DNA of 64,000 nucleotides from Candidatus Kapaibacterium sp. (GTDB lineage Bacteria; Bacteroidota; Ignavibacteria; Palsa-1295): NCBI GenBank assembly GCA_038210275.1, contig JBBQWV010000019.1:5965-69964 (forward strand), given 5' to 3'. The position numbers and the translations under genes are program-made. The notes beneath the pieces are model-generated. The model ran no database searches. It was not told the DNA's origin and was given only the letters and a program-made list of their open reading frames with translations. Below, one piece after another: positions 1-10,823 of the stretch (its first letter is position 1; each line of letters starts with the position of its first letter).

Positions 1-72
1 GACGAGGGGTTTCTCAGTGAGTGATTTTAGACGTTCGTGGAATCGTGTCAAAAGATTTGGATCAAGCAAAAA

Positions 73-843
73 TTAAAAAGTAGAAGCAGCTTCAACTATT
101 GCAATAAATGCCTTCGCATCGAGAGCTGCTCCGCCGATCAATCCCCCATCAATATCAGGTTGTGCTAAAAGTGATGCGGCATTTGCAGCATTCATACTGC
201 CGCCATACTGAATGATAATTTGTGCTGCAAGAGTTTCATCGTACAGCGTTGCAAGTTCAGCTCGGATATACGAATGGGAATCCTGAGCGATCTCCGGGGT
301 TGCTGTCCTGCCGGTGCCAATCGCCCAAATTGGTTCATAAGCAATCGTTATCATTTTCACCTGAGACGCATCCACTCCTCGCAAACCCTCTGTAAGCTGA
401 TGAAGAAGAACTTCGTATGTTTGTGCAAGTTCGCGTTCTTCATGCGATTCACCTATACAGAGAATCGGTTTTAATCCAACATCAAGTGCGGCTTTTATCT
501 TTTTATTAATCAGCTCATTACTTTCATTAAAAATAGTCCGCCTCTCTGAATGTCCGATGATCACATACGTGCATCCTGTTTCGGCAAGCATTCTTGCAGA
601 GATCTCTCCCGTAAAAGCTCCCTTAGTTTCTGAATTACAATTCTGTGCGCCAACGGCGATCTGCACTCCGCGACCGCTTAATTTATCAAGAGCTAAACCA
701 ATGGAAGTGAAGGGTGGGCAAATCGCAATTTCCACTTTTCGGAAAGCATCATCCCAAAGACCAACGATACCACCGAGAATCGCGCTTGTCTCTTCAAGCG
801 TCCCATTCATCTTCCAATTCCCACAAATAAATTTTCTTCTCAT
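73..843 (-). CDS. tpiA: triosephosphate isomerase
   Basis: GNWKMN, IIGHSERR, AYEPIWAIGTG and GGLIGGA motifs. Confidence 0.98.
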   Translation of the reverse strand: MRRKFICGNWKMNGTLEETSAILGGIVGLWDDAFRKVEIAICPPFTSIGLALDKLSGRGVQIAVGAQNCNSETKGAFTGEISARMLAETGCTYVIIGHSERRTIFNESNELINKKIKAALDVGLKPILCIGESHEERELAQTYEVLLHQLTEGLRGVDASQVKMITIAYEPIWAIGTGRTATPEIAQDSHSYIRAELATLYDETLAAQIIIQYGGSMNAANAASLLAQPDIDGGLIGGAALDAKAFIAIVEAASTF

Positions 844-2309
844 ACTTTATCTAATTCCTCTTTGACGACTTCGTTTAAAAGAACCGGGTTTGCTTTCCCT
901 CCCATAGCCTTCATCGTCTGACCGACAAAGAAACCAAAGAGCGTCACTTTTCCTAATTTATATTTTTCGAGATTATCGGGATTTGCAGATAGTATGTTCT
1001 TTACTGCGTCACGCAAAGCTCCTTCATCAGAAACTTGCGACATACCTCGCTCGGTAACTATTTCGTTTGGAGACTTTTTAGAGCCTATTAATTCCGGAAG
1101 CAGATCCTTTGCAATTTTATTAGAGATAGTCTTATCACCCACAAGCGAAACAAGATCAGCTAAATGTTTTGGCTGTAAACCAAGTTTATCAATACTTACT
1201 TTCTTTTCCGAAAGTATCCGCATCACATCGCCCATTAAATAATTCGATATGCTTTTTACAAGATCATTTGATCTTGTGCCGAGGTTCGAAATTGTCTCTT
1301 CAAAAAAATCCGCCATCACTCTATCAACGGTCAATACATCCGCATCATATTTCGGTAAGCCAAAATTATTAATAAATCTATCCCTGCGAGCGCGCTGCAT
1401 CTCCGGCAGTTCATCGCGAACTTCTTCTAAATATTCTTTTGTGATCGTAACCGGAAGCAGATCAGGCTCAGGAAAATAACGGTAATCATGTGCTTCTTCC
1501 TTCGTGCGCATCGGACGGGTTACACCTTTATTCGCATCGAAAAGCATAGATTGATGCAAAACTTTCTCACCCGATTCAATGACACCGATCTGTCGTTCTA
1601 TCTCTGCTTCAATAGCAAGTTTAACGTTACGGAAAGAATTTAAATTCTTTACTTCGGTTTTTTGTCCAAATTTTTCCGCACCTTTTAATCGGACAGAAAC
1701 ATTTGCATCGCATCTGAGCGATCCCTCTTCCATATTGCCATCACAAATACCGAGATACGTAACAATAGATTTGATCGCGGTCAAATACGCGTAACCCTCT
1801 TCGCTTGAACGTATATCAGGTTCGCTGACGATCTCGATAAGCGGTACTCCGGCACGGTTAAGATCAACAAGCGTATCAACTCCAAAGTCATGGATAGACT
1901 TGCCTGAATCCTCCTCCATGTGAATGCGCGTAATACCGATACGTTTCAGGGCACCATCTGTCAGTTCTGCTTCTACCCACCCGTCATGACAGATCGGAGT
2001 TTCATATTGTGAGATCTGAAAGCCTTTTGGAAGATCAGGATAGAAATAATTCTTTCGAGCAAAGATCGAGCGCTCCCTAATCTGGCAATTTGTTGCTAGC
2101 CCCATCCGAGTAATGTAACGAACAAGATTCTCATTCAGCATTGGAAGTGTACCCGGATGCGCAAGGCAGATCGGGCACGTCAGCGAATTTGGCGGCGCGC
2201 CAAACTCCGTCGAGCACGTGCAGAATGCCTTCGACTTCGTGAGCATCTGCGCATGGACTTCCAACCCTATAACGGGTTCATATTTAGCGAGTAAAGTTGG
2301 ATCAATCAT
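840..2309 (-). CDS. gatB: Asp/Glu-tRNA amidotransferase subunit B
   Basis: YEPVIGLEVHAQ, RKNYFYPDLPKG, GSLRCDANVS, DYRYFPEPDL; start moved to ATG at 2309. Confidence 0.97.
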   Translation of the reverse strand: MIDPTLLAKYEPVIGLEVHAQMLTKSKAFCTCSTEFGAPPNSLTCPICLAHPGTLPMLNENLVRYITRMGLATNCQIRERSIFARKNYFYPDLPKGFQISQYETPICHDGWVEAELTDGALKRIGITRIHMEEDSGKSIHDFGVDTLVDLNRAGVPLIEIVSEPDIRSSEEGYAYLTAIKSIVTYLGICDGNMEEGSLRCDANVSVRLKGAEKFGQKTEVKNLNSFRNVKLAIEAEIERQIGVIESGEKVLHQSMLFDANKGVTRPMRTKEEAHDYRYFPEPDLLPVTITKEYLEEVRDELPEMQRARRDRFINNFGLPKYDADVLTVDRVMADFFEETISNLGTRSNDLVKSISNYLMGDVMRILSEKKVSIDKLGLQPKHLADLVSLVGDKTISNKIAKDLLPELIGSKKSPNEIVTERGMSQVSDEGALRDAVKNILSANPDNLEKYKLGKVTLFGFFVGQTMKAMGGKANPVLLNEVVKEELDKV

Positions 2310-2415
2310 ATTGTAAGAGAAGAACAACAGTTGTCATACAACGTCCGTTTCGGGAATTGCAACTCTCTTTGCAACCTCTGTTAAAAATAATACGGGGGAG
2401 ATGAATAATGGGCAG

Positions 2416-3039
2416 CTATTTATCGCTAATAGTCGGTAATATGATCGTACTATCGCGTTCAAGAAGGATTTTTTGGATAAAAGCTTCGAACTCTTGATAG
2501 CTGCCTTCACCAAAATGGGTGGTTCGCAAAATTCCATTTTTATCATAAAGATAATAAGCTGGCCAATATTGATTGGAAAGGGAATTCCAAATCTCATACT
2601 CGTTATCAGCAATAATAGGATACGTCAACCCAAATTTTTGTATAGCCGATTTCAGTTTTTGCGGCTGCTTTTCGGAATCAAATTCAGGAGTGTGCACACC
2701 AATAACAACCAAACCTTTCTCTTTATATTTTTCCGCCCAAGATTTAACATGCGGTAAGGTATGGATACAGTTGATGCAGCTATAATCCCATAGATCAATC
2801 AAGACAACTTTTCCTTTTATTTGAGGCAGAATCTCATTAGAATTTATATTGTAGTAACGTTCAGCAGAATATTTTGTAGGAAGAGAAGGTATATGAGCGT
2901 TATCATTTACTTGATCTTTCATTGCAGCAGCAAGTGTTGCTGTCTCAAGTGGAAGTATATGCTTTGGGGAGTCAATCGGCTGGGTTTTACCGCACGATGA
3001 CAAGACAAGAAGGATACAAAAGATGTTGATAAATTTCAT
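2416..3039 (-). CDS. redoxin/thioredoxin-like lipoprotein (DipZ C-terminal-like)
   Basis: Lipobox LSSC after ATG at 3039; WDYSCINC CxxC motif; GVHTPEF; YWPAYYL. Confidence 0.85.
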   Translation of the reverse strand: MKFINIFCILLVLSSCGKTQPIDSPKHILPLETATLAAAMKDQVNDNAHIPSLPTKYSAERYYNINSNEILPQIKGKVVLIDLWDYSCINCIHTLPHVKSWAEKYKEKGLVVIGVHTPEFDSEKQPQKLKSAIQKFGLTYPIIADNEYEIWNSLSNQYWPAYYLYDKNGILRTTHFGEGSYQEFEAFIQKILLERDSTIILPTISDK

Positions 3040-3055
3040 ATACGTAATGTGATAC

Positions 3056-3664
3056 CTACGAAGATGGTTTGCCTTTTGATACGAACGGATTATCTTTAAT
3101 GAAGAACCTCCATTCTTTTTCAACTCCGACGTTAATTCCTACTCGAGTCGTTATAGCGATCTTCTCCTCTTTATGTAATTTTCCCCTCGTAAGGAATAGG
3201 TCTTCAGAGGTTATCAGATCTATGCCGTTCTCATCTCGCATTATTCCAAGTGCCTGGCAAAGCTTTCCTGGACCCGAAAGAAGATCGGTCTCTTTTCGTG
3301 CTTTAACCCTACGGTTGAACATCTCTTTTGTTCCGCTCACAGGCTCAAGAGCGCGGAGGAGAATAGCTTCGGCGCCACCGGCAAATCCGGTGACGACGTT
3401 TGCGCAATAGTGCATACCGTAAGTGAAGTACACATACGCAAAGCCTGCTTCGCCAAACATGATCTTATTTCTTTCCGTCATACCCCGAAATGAATGACTG
3501 GCAGGGTCGCTCTGATGATACGCTTCAGTTTCAACTATGCGTCCGACAAATTCGGTATCGCCGAGTCTGCGATGCAGATATGCGCCAAGTAACTCACGAG
3601 CAACCTGAGTCACTTCCCGCTCAAAGAAGGAGCGATCGAATCGCTTTTCTAAAGCCTTACTCAC
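3056..3664 (-). CDS. mpg: DNA-3-methyladenine glycosylase (MPG/AAG family)
   Basis: [44 protein letters not shown] motifs. Confidence 0.95.
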   Translation of the reverse strand: MSKALEKRFDRSFFEREVTQVARELLGAYLHRRLGDTEFVGRIVETEAYHQSDPASHSFRGMTERNKIMFGEAGFAYVYFTYGMHYCANVVTGFAGGAEAILLRALEPVSGTKEMFNRRVKARKETDLLSGPGKLCQALGIMRDENGIDLITSEDLFLTRGKLHKEEKIAITTRVGINVGVEKEWRFFIKDNPFVSKGKPSS

Positions 3665-5735
3665 TGAGCCAGCGGGTTTTCTCTAAATAAGACTTGAGTT
3701 CATCAAGTTCAGTAATTGGTAATTCACAGGTTTGATTGGAACAGAAATAAATAGTGAGTTTATCATCCTTCATTGGCAGATTCTTTGCGAAATTATTTGC
3801 CATATTTGAACTTGAAGAAACAAGTACTTTACGTGGAAGATAGTATTTTGCAAACTCTCTTCGCATATTCTTGTAGATCTCTCCGCTGAGATCGCCCACA
3901 AAAACAATCTCAGTAGGTGCATAGTGATGCCATTCTATTCCTACTAACATTTCGGGCATCGTATAGGGATACTTCGCAAGCTTCCCTGCAAAATTAAGCA
4001 AGGTGCGTTCGGCTTTTTCTTTGTACTCTGAATTAGCAGTAATAGCGTGAAGTTTCAGAAGGTTCAGAACGCTAATGGAATTGCCGCTTGGCTCGGCACC
4101 ATCATAATCATTCTTCGTTCGAATAATTATGTCAGGCGCTTCTCTACTTGTAAAATATCCGCCTTGTTTGTCATCGTAAAGATAGTGATCTTGCTCTTCC
4201 TGCAAAATTATTGCGCGCTCAAGCCAAGTATTGTCAAGCGTTGCATCATATAATTCTAAAAAACCTTTAACAAGAAACGCATACGTATCAAGCGTTGCAT
4301 CGAAACGCGCTTCACCATCACGCCAACGGTGAAGGAGCTTGCTTCCTGGTTTAATATATAGCTTTTGCCAAATAAATGCGGCAGAGCGAAGAGCAGCATT
4401 TATGTAATACAGGTTTCCAAGCACATCTCCAACTCTTGCAAGAGCTCCTATCACCAAACCATTCCACGAAGCAAGTATTTTATCATCAAGGTGTGGCCGA
4501 ACACGCTTTGCTCTTTCATCAAAGAGGATTTTCTTTGAATCAGAGATGATTTTCTGAGCTTCGGCGATTGATATTTCAAAGCGTGCAGCAGTCTCAGTAA
4601 TTGTTTGCTTTTCATGAATAACATTCTTCCCATCCTCCCAGTTACCTTTTGCAATAATGCCAAAATGATAGGCTAATATTTTACTGTTTGTTTCTCCGAG
4701 AACTTTTTCGATCTCATCCAAAGTCCAAACATAATATGTACCCTCGACGCCCTCAGAATCTGCATCAAGAGCACAATAAAATGCTCCTTCGGGATGTGTT
4801 AATTCTAGTAAGACAAAATCGCAAGTTGTGCGAACAACTTCAGCATAAAGTTTTTCCTGCGAGATCTGGTAAGCATCAAGAAAGGCGTGTATTAGCTGTG
4901 CTTGATCATAAAGCATTTTTTCAAAATGCGAGACAAGCCAGAATTTATCGACAGAGTATCGGTGAAAGCCGCCGCCAAGATGGTCGTTCAAACCACCGAG
5001 CGCCATTTTCCGAAGCGTAAAGAGCGCCATCTCTTTTGCGCGTTCATCGCCACTTGCCGAATAATGATTAAAGAGAAAATCATATTGCACCGGACGCGGA
5101 AATTTTGGTGCACTACCAAATCCGCCGTTCTCTGCATCGAATGTTCGCTCAAAAAATGATATTGCAGAATCTCCCAGTGTAGGTGAGAGCAATTTCGGCG
5201 AGGCGTTATCATCCTCACTATTTTTTAAAATGGCATCGGTTAAGCCTTCACTGGAGTTGATCAGTTCGTCTCGTTTTGTTTGCCACAATTCCGTGATGCG
5301 CTCTAATAATTGCTTGAAGCTTGGTTTGCCATACGCAGGTATCGGGGGAAAATACGTGCCGCAAAAAAATGGTTTTAGCTCCGGTGTCAAAATAACCGTC
5401 ATTGGCCATCCACCGCTGCCCGTCATTGCCTGTGTTGCAGCCATATAGATCGCATCTATATCCGGGCGTTCTTCGCGGTCGAGCTTGATGGAGATGAAAT
5501 TTTCATTGAGATAAACAGCAACTTTCTCATCCTCAAAGCTCTCGCGTTCCATCACATGACACCAATGACAAGTCGAATAACCTATCGAAAGAAAGATCGG
5601 TTTATTTTCTTCACGCGCTTTTGTGAATGCTTCATCGCTCCATGCATACCAATCAACAGGGTTATACGCATGCTGCAAAAGATATGGTGAGCCTTCATGA
5701 ATGAGTCTATTAGACTTTTCGTGATGTTCGTTCAT
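3657..5735 (-). CDS. thioredoxin-domain protein, YyaL/SSP411 family
   Basis: [47 protein letters not shown]. Confidence 0.93.
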   Translation of the reverse strand: MNEHHEKSNRLIHEGSPYLLQHAYNPVDWYAWSDEAFTKAREENKPIFLSIGYSTCHWCHVMERESFEDEKVAVYLNENFISIKLDREERPDIDAIYMAATQAMTGSGGWPMTVILTPELKPFFCGTYFPPIPAYGKPSFKQLLERITELWQTKRDELINSSEGLTDAILKNSEDDNASPKLLSPTLGDSAISFFERTFDAENGGFGSAPKFPRPVQYDFLFNHYSASGDERAKEMALFTLRKMALGGLNDHLGGGFHRYSVDKFWLVSHFEKMLYDQAQLIHAFLDAYQISQEKLYAEVVRTTCDFVLLELTHPEGAFYCALDADSEGVEGTYYVWTLDEIEKVLGETNSKILAYHFGIIAKGNWEDGKNVIHEKQTITETAARFEISIAEAQKIISDSKKILFDERAKRVRPHLDDKILASWNGLVIGALARVGDVLGNLYYINAALRSAAFIWQKLYIKPGSKLLHRWRDGEARFDATLDTYAFLVKGFLELYDATLDNTWLERAIILQEEQDHYLYDDKQGGYFTSREAPDIIIRTKNDYDGAEPSGNSISVLNLLKLHAITANSEYKEKAERTLLNFAGKLAKYPYTMPEMLVGIEWHHYAPTEIVFVGDLSGEIYKNMRREFAKYYLPRKVLVSSSSNMANNFAKNLPMKDDKLTIYFCSNQTCELPITELDELKSYLEKTRWLSE

Positions 5736-6557
5736 TTATGAAATATGTTTGTTGCGATAGGCTACTAATTCTCGCGGAATATCCGTGACTACTGCTTTCG
5801 CTCCTTCACCAATTGCTTGATTAAATTCCTCAATCGTTGTAGCCGTATAAATAGAAAGAAATAAATTTTTCTTTTTTATATCAGCACGAGCTTCCGAAGA
5901 AATCTCACTCAACATACAGGCAAAACTTGTTGCATGTGCCAACTGCACAATCTCGGAAGGAAGCATTTCTTCGACAGGCTTCGGAGTTATTACCGGAGAA
6001 ACTGAACGTGCATTAAAATATTCAATGATCTGACTTGTCGGGCGAATCACTACCGAGAGTGAATCCCAAGGTAACGCATGAATAAAATCAAAACGGAATG
6101 AAGAGTATAACGAGTATGAATGCATTCCGTACTCACGAACAAGCGAAACAAGCGGGTGCACGAACCGACTTGGATGAAAACCCGAATAATCCTTCATCTC
6201 GATATTCAAATAAGCCTTCCCTTTGACGTGTCTTAGAACTTCTTCGAAAGTCGGCAAAGCGTCTGCATTTGTTTGGATCAGAAGATCGGCATACTTTCTT
6301 TGCCAAATTGGTTTTTCATCGCCACTTTGGAGAACGTCATCATGATGACAGATCAGCATTCCATCTATCGTCATTTGCACATCCATTTCGATCATTTCAG
6401 CGCCGGTTGCAAGCGCAGCATCAACGGCACTGATGCTGTTTTCAATTGCGCCGCCCGATGTATCGCCGCGATGTGCGCAAATCATTGGCTTTGATTCAAA
6501 TGGATAATCTTGTAACGGAATTAGTATCATTTTATAAAAACAAATTTCGTGCTCCAC
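5736..6557 (-). CDS. glycerophosphodiester phosphodiesterase family protein
   Basis: AHRG, ENS, EMDVQMTIDG..CHHD, NIEMK and VVTD.P motifs. Confidence 0.88.
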   Translation of the reverse strand: MEHEICFYKMILIPLQDYPFESKPMICAHRGDTSGGAIENSISAVDAALATGAEMIEMDVQMTIDGMLICHHDDVLQSGDEKPIWQRKYADLLIQTNADALPTFEEVLRHVKGKAYLNIEMKDYSGFHPSRFVHPLVSLVREYGMHSYSLYSSFRFDFIHALPWDSLSVVIRPTSQIIEYFNARSVSPVITPKPVEEMLPSEIVQLAHATSFACMLSEISSEARADIKKKNLFLSIYTATTIEEFNQAIGEGAKAVVTDIPRELVAYRNKHIS

Positions 6558-7479
6558 GCAAAAACTCCTCTATAGGCATACGCTTTTTATTCTCTCGCTG
6601 GACTTCTAATAATTCTATCGGCTTCGTTGACGTACCAATATATAACCGTTTGCCATCAGGAGAAACAGAGTACTTGCCGGACAATACGTTAAGGTTTACA
6701 TCATCGGGAATTCGTGATTTAAATACTTTTAGTCGTTCGCCATTAGAAAGCATTGCAACTGCCGTGGGATATGGCGAAAGTCCTCGAATCTTATTATGCA
6801 CACGTTCGGCAGTTTCAGAAAAATCAAGTTTACAATCTTCAGGAAAGATCTTTGGTGCAGGAGTTGCTTCCCCATTGCTTTGCGGTCGTGGGGTAAGAAT
6901 ACCGCTTGCAAGTCCACGAATTGTATCAAGAGCAAGTTTCGCGCCAAGATGCATCAATTCGTCATGCAGATCGGCGACGGTTTCATCCTCGCTGATATTT
7001 ACTTTTTCTTGTAATAAAATATTTCCGGTATCGACTTTATCATCAAGGAGAAAAGTCGTTACGCCTGTTTCCTTCTCACCATTAATGATAGCCCAATTCA
7101 TCGGTGCCGCTCCGCGATATTTTGGGAGGAGCGATGTATGAATATTAAATGCTCCATATTTTGGGATTGTAAATACTTCACGCGGCAATATTTTATATGC
7201 AACGATACAAAATATATCTGCATTAAAAAGGCGAAGATCAGATATAAATTTTTCATCCCGCAATTTTTCTGGAGCGAGAATAGGGATGTCAAGTTTTTGT
7301 GCCACTTCCTGCATCACCATCGGCTGCGTCTTCAATCCGCGTCCCTGCTGCTTTTCAGGCGTTGTTACTACAGCGACAATATTTTCACCCGCTTCGTGTA
7401 AATATTCAAGGATATTCGCAGCGAATGCCGGCGTTCCAAAAAAAGCAATACGCAAACCGGATGGAGGTGAATCTATCAA
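6532..7479 (-). CDS. fmt: methionyl-tRNA formyltransferase
   Basis: FFGTPAFA, NIHTSLLPKYRGAAP, IRGLSPYP. Confidence 0.96.
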   Translation of the reverse strand: MIDSPPSGLRIAFFGTPAFAANILEYLHEAGENIVAVVTTPEKQQGRGLKTQPMVMQEVAQKLDIPILAPEKLRDEKFISDLRLFNADIFCIVAYKILPREVFTIPKYGAFNIHTSLLPKYRGAAPMNWAIINGEKETGVTTFLLDDKVDTGNILLQEKVNISEDETVADLHDELMHLGAKLALDTIRGLASGILTPRPQSNGEATPAPKIFPEDCKLDFSETAERVHNKIRGLSPYPTAVAMLSNGERLKVFKSRIPDDVNLNVLSGKYSVSPDGKRLYIGTSTKPIELLEVQRENKKRMPIEEFLRGARNLFL

Positions 7480-8552
7480 GCAAGTTTAGATTTTAATTGC
7501 ATGATAACCGGCACCGGGCTTGGATCAACTCCTTCAAGCAAGGCAAGGTAGTAGCTTGTCCAATCGGCTAATGAGATAAGGCTGAACATCCTTGCGACGA
7601 CTGATTTTCCCTGAGCAGTAAATTCTTTTACTTCTACTCCTTTACTTAAAAGAACTTCGTGGAGAATACCAAATCTCTTTGTCACTTGTGGATGCTCATC
7701 TTGGGGCGACCTCAGAAATATCACTTGGAATTTATCCTGCATCGTATGAGGAAAATCCCATCCGTTAATTTCATTATGATTCATCTCCGGTAAGACGTTC
7801 CCAAATGCAACGTGCTTGGCATTCTCTTGAATCTGTCCGCGCCAACGGATATTTACTGTATCGAAAACATCACTGGCAGAATAAATTACAGGAATCCTTG
7901 CAAGCAATGTATGCGCAAGACTATTTGCATGGTTAGCCTCCGTCAAATTTGCAATACCATATTCGTTTGCAAGTTTATCTAATATGTCAGCTGCGTCATT
8001 AATGGAAGCAGCTTCACCGGAAGTAAATCCGATTTTCTCCAATATCATTAATACAGGTACGAATGAGTATGCAAGCGCTGCACGCGGCTGGAATCCGGTT
8101 GGCAATATAATGACGGGTAAGTTATGTTGCTTTGCAAGATCTACAAGTTTTCCTCCTGTCGTTATGCAAATAACTTTCGCGCCCCGTTTCAATGCTTCAT
8201 CAAACATCGAAAGTGATTCTTCCGTCGAACCCGAATAGCTTGATACGATAACGAGTGTATGCTCATCTACAAATCCGGGAAGTCCGTAAGTTCGATTTAC
8301 AACAAATGGAACAGATGATTTCGAAAGCAAATAGGACCGCACCAGATCGCCTCCGATTGCTGAGCCACCAAGACCTGCGAGCACAACATTCGCTATCTCA
8401 TCTTTTTTAGTAAGCAAAAGGGAATCAAGTGCTTGCTGCGAACGGATTGCTGCATCCCGCAAATGTCCGCCCATACCTGCAATCGCATCTCCCATTTTTC
8501 CAGGATCAAGTGAATGAACGATGTCTTTCGTAATTCCAAGTGTAAAGCTCAT
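7476..8552 (-). CDS. bifunctional phosphoglucose/phosphomannose isomerase
   Basis: GLGGSAIGG, SYSGSTEE, QPRAAL, QENAK, PEMNHNEI; start moved to ATG at 8552. Confidence 0.92.
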   Translation of the reverse strand: MSFTLGITKDIVHSLDPGKMGDAIAGMGGHLRDAAIRSQQALDSLLLTKKDEIANVVLAGLGGSAIGGDLVRSYLLSKSSVPFVVNRTYGLPGFVDEHTLVIVSSYSGSTEESLSMFDEALKRGAKVICITTGGKLVDLAKQHNLPVIILPTGFQPRAALAYSFVPVLMILEKIGFTSGEAASINDAADILDKLANEYGIANLTEANHANSLAHTLLARIPVIYSASDVFDTVNIRWRGQIQENAKHVAFGNVLPEMNHNEINGWDFPHTMQDKFQVIFLRSPQDEHPQVTKRFGILHEVLLSKGVEVKEFTAQGKSVVARMFSLISLADWTSYYLALLEGVDPSPVPVIMQLKSKLA

Positions 8553-8633
8553 ACTGTAAAATATACTATTGTTAAATTTGGATGATAGATAACACAAAGA
8601 GGATTTATTCTCGTTCGGATTGATTAATATAAT

Positions 8634-8748
8634 ATCATTGTGAGGAGGGCTTTAACCCGACGAAGCAATCTAAAAACTTTTACTTTAATACCACTTTTCA
8701 ATATTTAAGATCGCCACGTAATCAGCAAGCGGGCTCCTCGCGACAACA
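8634..8748. repeat. intergenic palindromic repeat element, copy A
   Basis: ATCATTGTGAGGAGGGCTTTAACCCGACGAAGCAATC...GATCGCCACG...CTCCTCGCGACAACA; left arm matches the reverse complement of the right arm of 42583-42682. Confidence 0.75.
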
Positions 8749-8779
8749 TTTTGGATGACCACAATATTCCTAATCAACA

Positions 8780-10792
8780 TTATTTCCCCAATGACTTCCT
8801 GAATTCCTCCATTTTAATGAAATGATCTATTGTATGATTTGCGGCATCCAGATCCCTGCCTTGCAATGTTTCAATATTTGCCGTCATATCAGGCTCGAAA
8901 CGAAGAGCAAGATCAATAAATTTTTTCGCCTCGTCATTTTGACCACGTTTCACCAGATCCCTCGCTCGTTCAGCGAGAGGTAATGCCTGATACCACCGAG
9001 AGTTATCGGTATAATAACTATGTCCGCGATAGTGGGAGTCATGCCATTGGATGATTGGCAAGGGCACTTCAAAAGCAGAATCGCGCTCTAAAAAGCGATA
9101 TGCAAGTCCTGCCGCAAAAGGTTTATAGGTTGGCGCAAATAATGGATCACGCTGAATAAGAACCTCAGGAGAAACATAAATTGGACGGTCACTATTTTTA
9201 GTTACGAAAGCTTCAGTAAAAGTCCGATAATTTTGCGAGATCGCCGCAGTATCAAAAGGCATCCCTCTGTCAAATTTAACAAGATCAACAATGAACGGCG
9301 CAAGTTCCGGTTCAAGACGTTTCATGACATCCGGTGCTCGCTGTTTCAAGTGATTATAATACCACGGTCTGTCACGAAGCATTGCAACATCAACGACAAA
9401 AATATCCGGACGAATGTTTTCTACTAACTGATAATAGAAAGCGCCGCTTGCCCAAAAATCCCAACTTGAAGTGAAAATGATCGCATCTTTCGGCAAGCTC
9501 TTCAACATATTGATGGTGTAATCTTCGACAAAATAATTACCGCTTTCATCAATATCTTTATAATGTGCAAAAACTTCGACCCCACTAAATATAAAAGCGG
9601 ATATAGTAATTGCCATTGCCAGATCAACCTTGATCTTTTCTTTGAGGAGACGTAATATCCAAACGACACCAAATGTTGCGGCAATTGCTGATGCAAGATA
9701 AGCGGTGAGAAAATACGGATTGATCTCAAGAATTTCAAAATTCATGGACCACAGCAGACATCCAAAGAAAAGTAAAAAAATAAAAGGAAGTAAGTGCGCT
9801 TTGCCCCGACCTGATGAACTGAGCATTGCATATAATCCGCATACGACAAGAATCACACCAACAATAGTGAACTCCGCAGGGTATTTTCCCCAAAAATATG
9901 GCCAATTTATTTTCGGAGCCGTTTTCGTGAACATCATTACGCTGTACTGACCTCCGCTAAAATGCTTCAAGAAAGAATTGAGATTCGCAGGATGCCCCCA
10001 ATCCATTAATGGATATTGGGAAGCACGAATAGGAAAATAAAGATACGGAAGTAATCCAAGTATAAAAGGAGGTGCAAGTTTTGCGATTCGAATCCAAGCA
10101 TTTCGCTTAAAACCAAATGTTGCAAAGAATATATATAAACTTGCCGGCGCTAAAAGAATCGTGGTCAAGTGATTAGAAAAAGAGAGACCAAGAGTAATCG
10201 CAAAAAGAAAAGATTCTTTTCCGAATTTTTCTTTTTCCAATCGCAGCATTCTGAATAAGAATGTCAAAACGATCGGAATCATAAAACAATGAATAGGATA
10301 GACTTCAACGGATGACGACGTATCCCACCATGTGGCGCTGAATGCCATTGCAAGCCCTGCAAAAACACCAGCTGCAACCGATTCTATTTTCTTTTGGTCA
10401 GTGGTAATTTCATTAATCTCACCAGGCTTTACAATTGCCCTCTTCCCTTTCTGGGGCTGTACTCTTTTTCTTTTCTCGTTAAACCAATAAAGATAAAGTT
10501 CGGAAACCAAAAATACAATTCCGCTGCTGCCCAACGCCACAAAAAAAGCGGACATGATATTCAGCCGCATAATGATGTGCTCGGCGATAGGCAGGTGAGC
10601 GAAAAGATAGCCGAGCATACAAAATATCGGATAGCCCGTTGGATGCGCAATACCAAGTGTTGCACAAACTGTCGCAAGTTCGCCTCCGTCAATGAAAGGA
10701 ACAGAGGGTGCCATCGTCTTTAAATAAACAAGGAAAGAAACGAGAAAAACAAGAAGCGCTCCGAAGATAGGACGAGAGAACAATTTTTGCAT
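8780..10792 (-). CDS. DUF2723 (TMEM260-like, GT-C fold) membrane protein
   Basis: YLKTMAPSV..DGGEL...LGIAHPTGYP motif; multiple transmembrane segments. Confidence 0.88.
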   Translation of the reverse strand: MQKLFSRPIFGALLVFLVSFLVYLKTMAPSVPFIDGGELATVCATLGIAHPTGYPIFCMLGYLFAHLPIAEHIIMRLNIMSAFFVALGSSGIVFLVSELYLYWFNEKRKRVQPQKGKRAIVKPGEINEITTDQKKIESVAAGVFAGLAMAFSATWWDTSSSVEVYPIHCFMIPIVLTFLFRMLRLEKEKFGKESFLFAITLGLSFSNHLTTILLAPASLYIFFATFGFKRNAWIRIAKLAPPFILGLLPYLYFPIRASQYPLMDWGHPANLNSFLKHFSGGQYSVMMFTKTAPKINWPYFWGKYPAEFTIVGVILVVCGLYAMLSSSGRGKAHLLPFIFLLFFGCLLWSMNFEILEINPYFLTAYLASAIAATFGVVWILRLLKEKIKVDLAMAITISAFIFSGVEVFAHYKDIDESGNYFVEDYTINMLKSLPKDAIIFTSSWDFWASGAFYYQLVENIRPDIFVVDVAMLRDRPWYYNHLKQRAPDVMKRLEPELAPFIVDLVKFDRGMPFDTAAISQNYRTFTEAFVTKNSDRPIYVSPEVLIQRDPLFAPTYKPFAAGLAYRFLERDSAFEVPLPIIQWHDSHYRGHSYYTDNSRWYQALPLAERARDLVKRGQNDEAKKFIDLALRFEPDMTANIETLQGRDLDAANHTIDHFIKMEEFRKSLGK

Positions 10793-10823
10793 AGTTATCT
10801 AAAGTCGTTAGTAAAAAAACATC

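Noticed and set aside
1-70. Start of a further minus-strand gene (LDPNLLTRFHERLKSLTEKPLV)
   Set aside because: Only about 22 codons lie in the window; cannot be identified.
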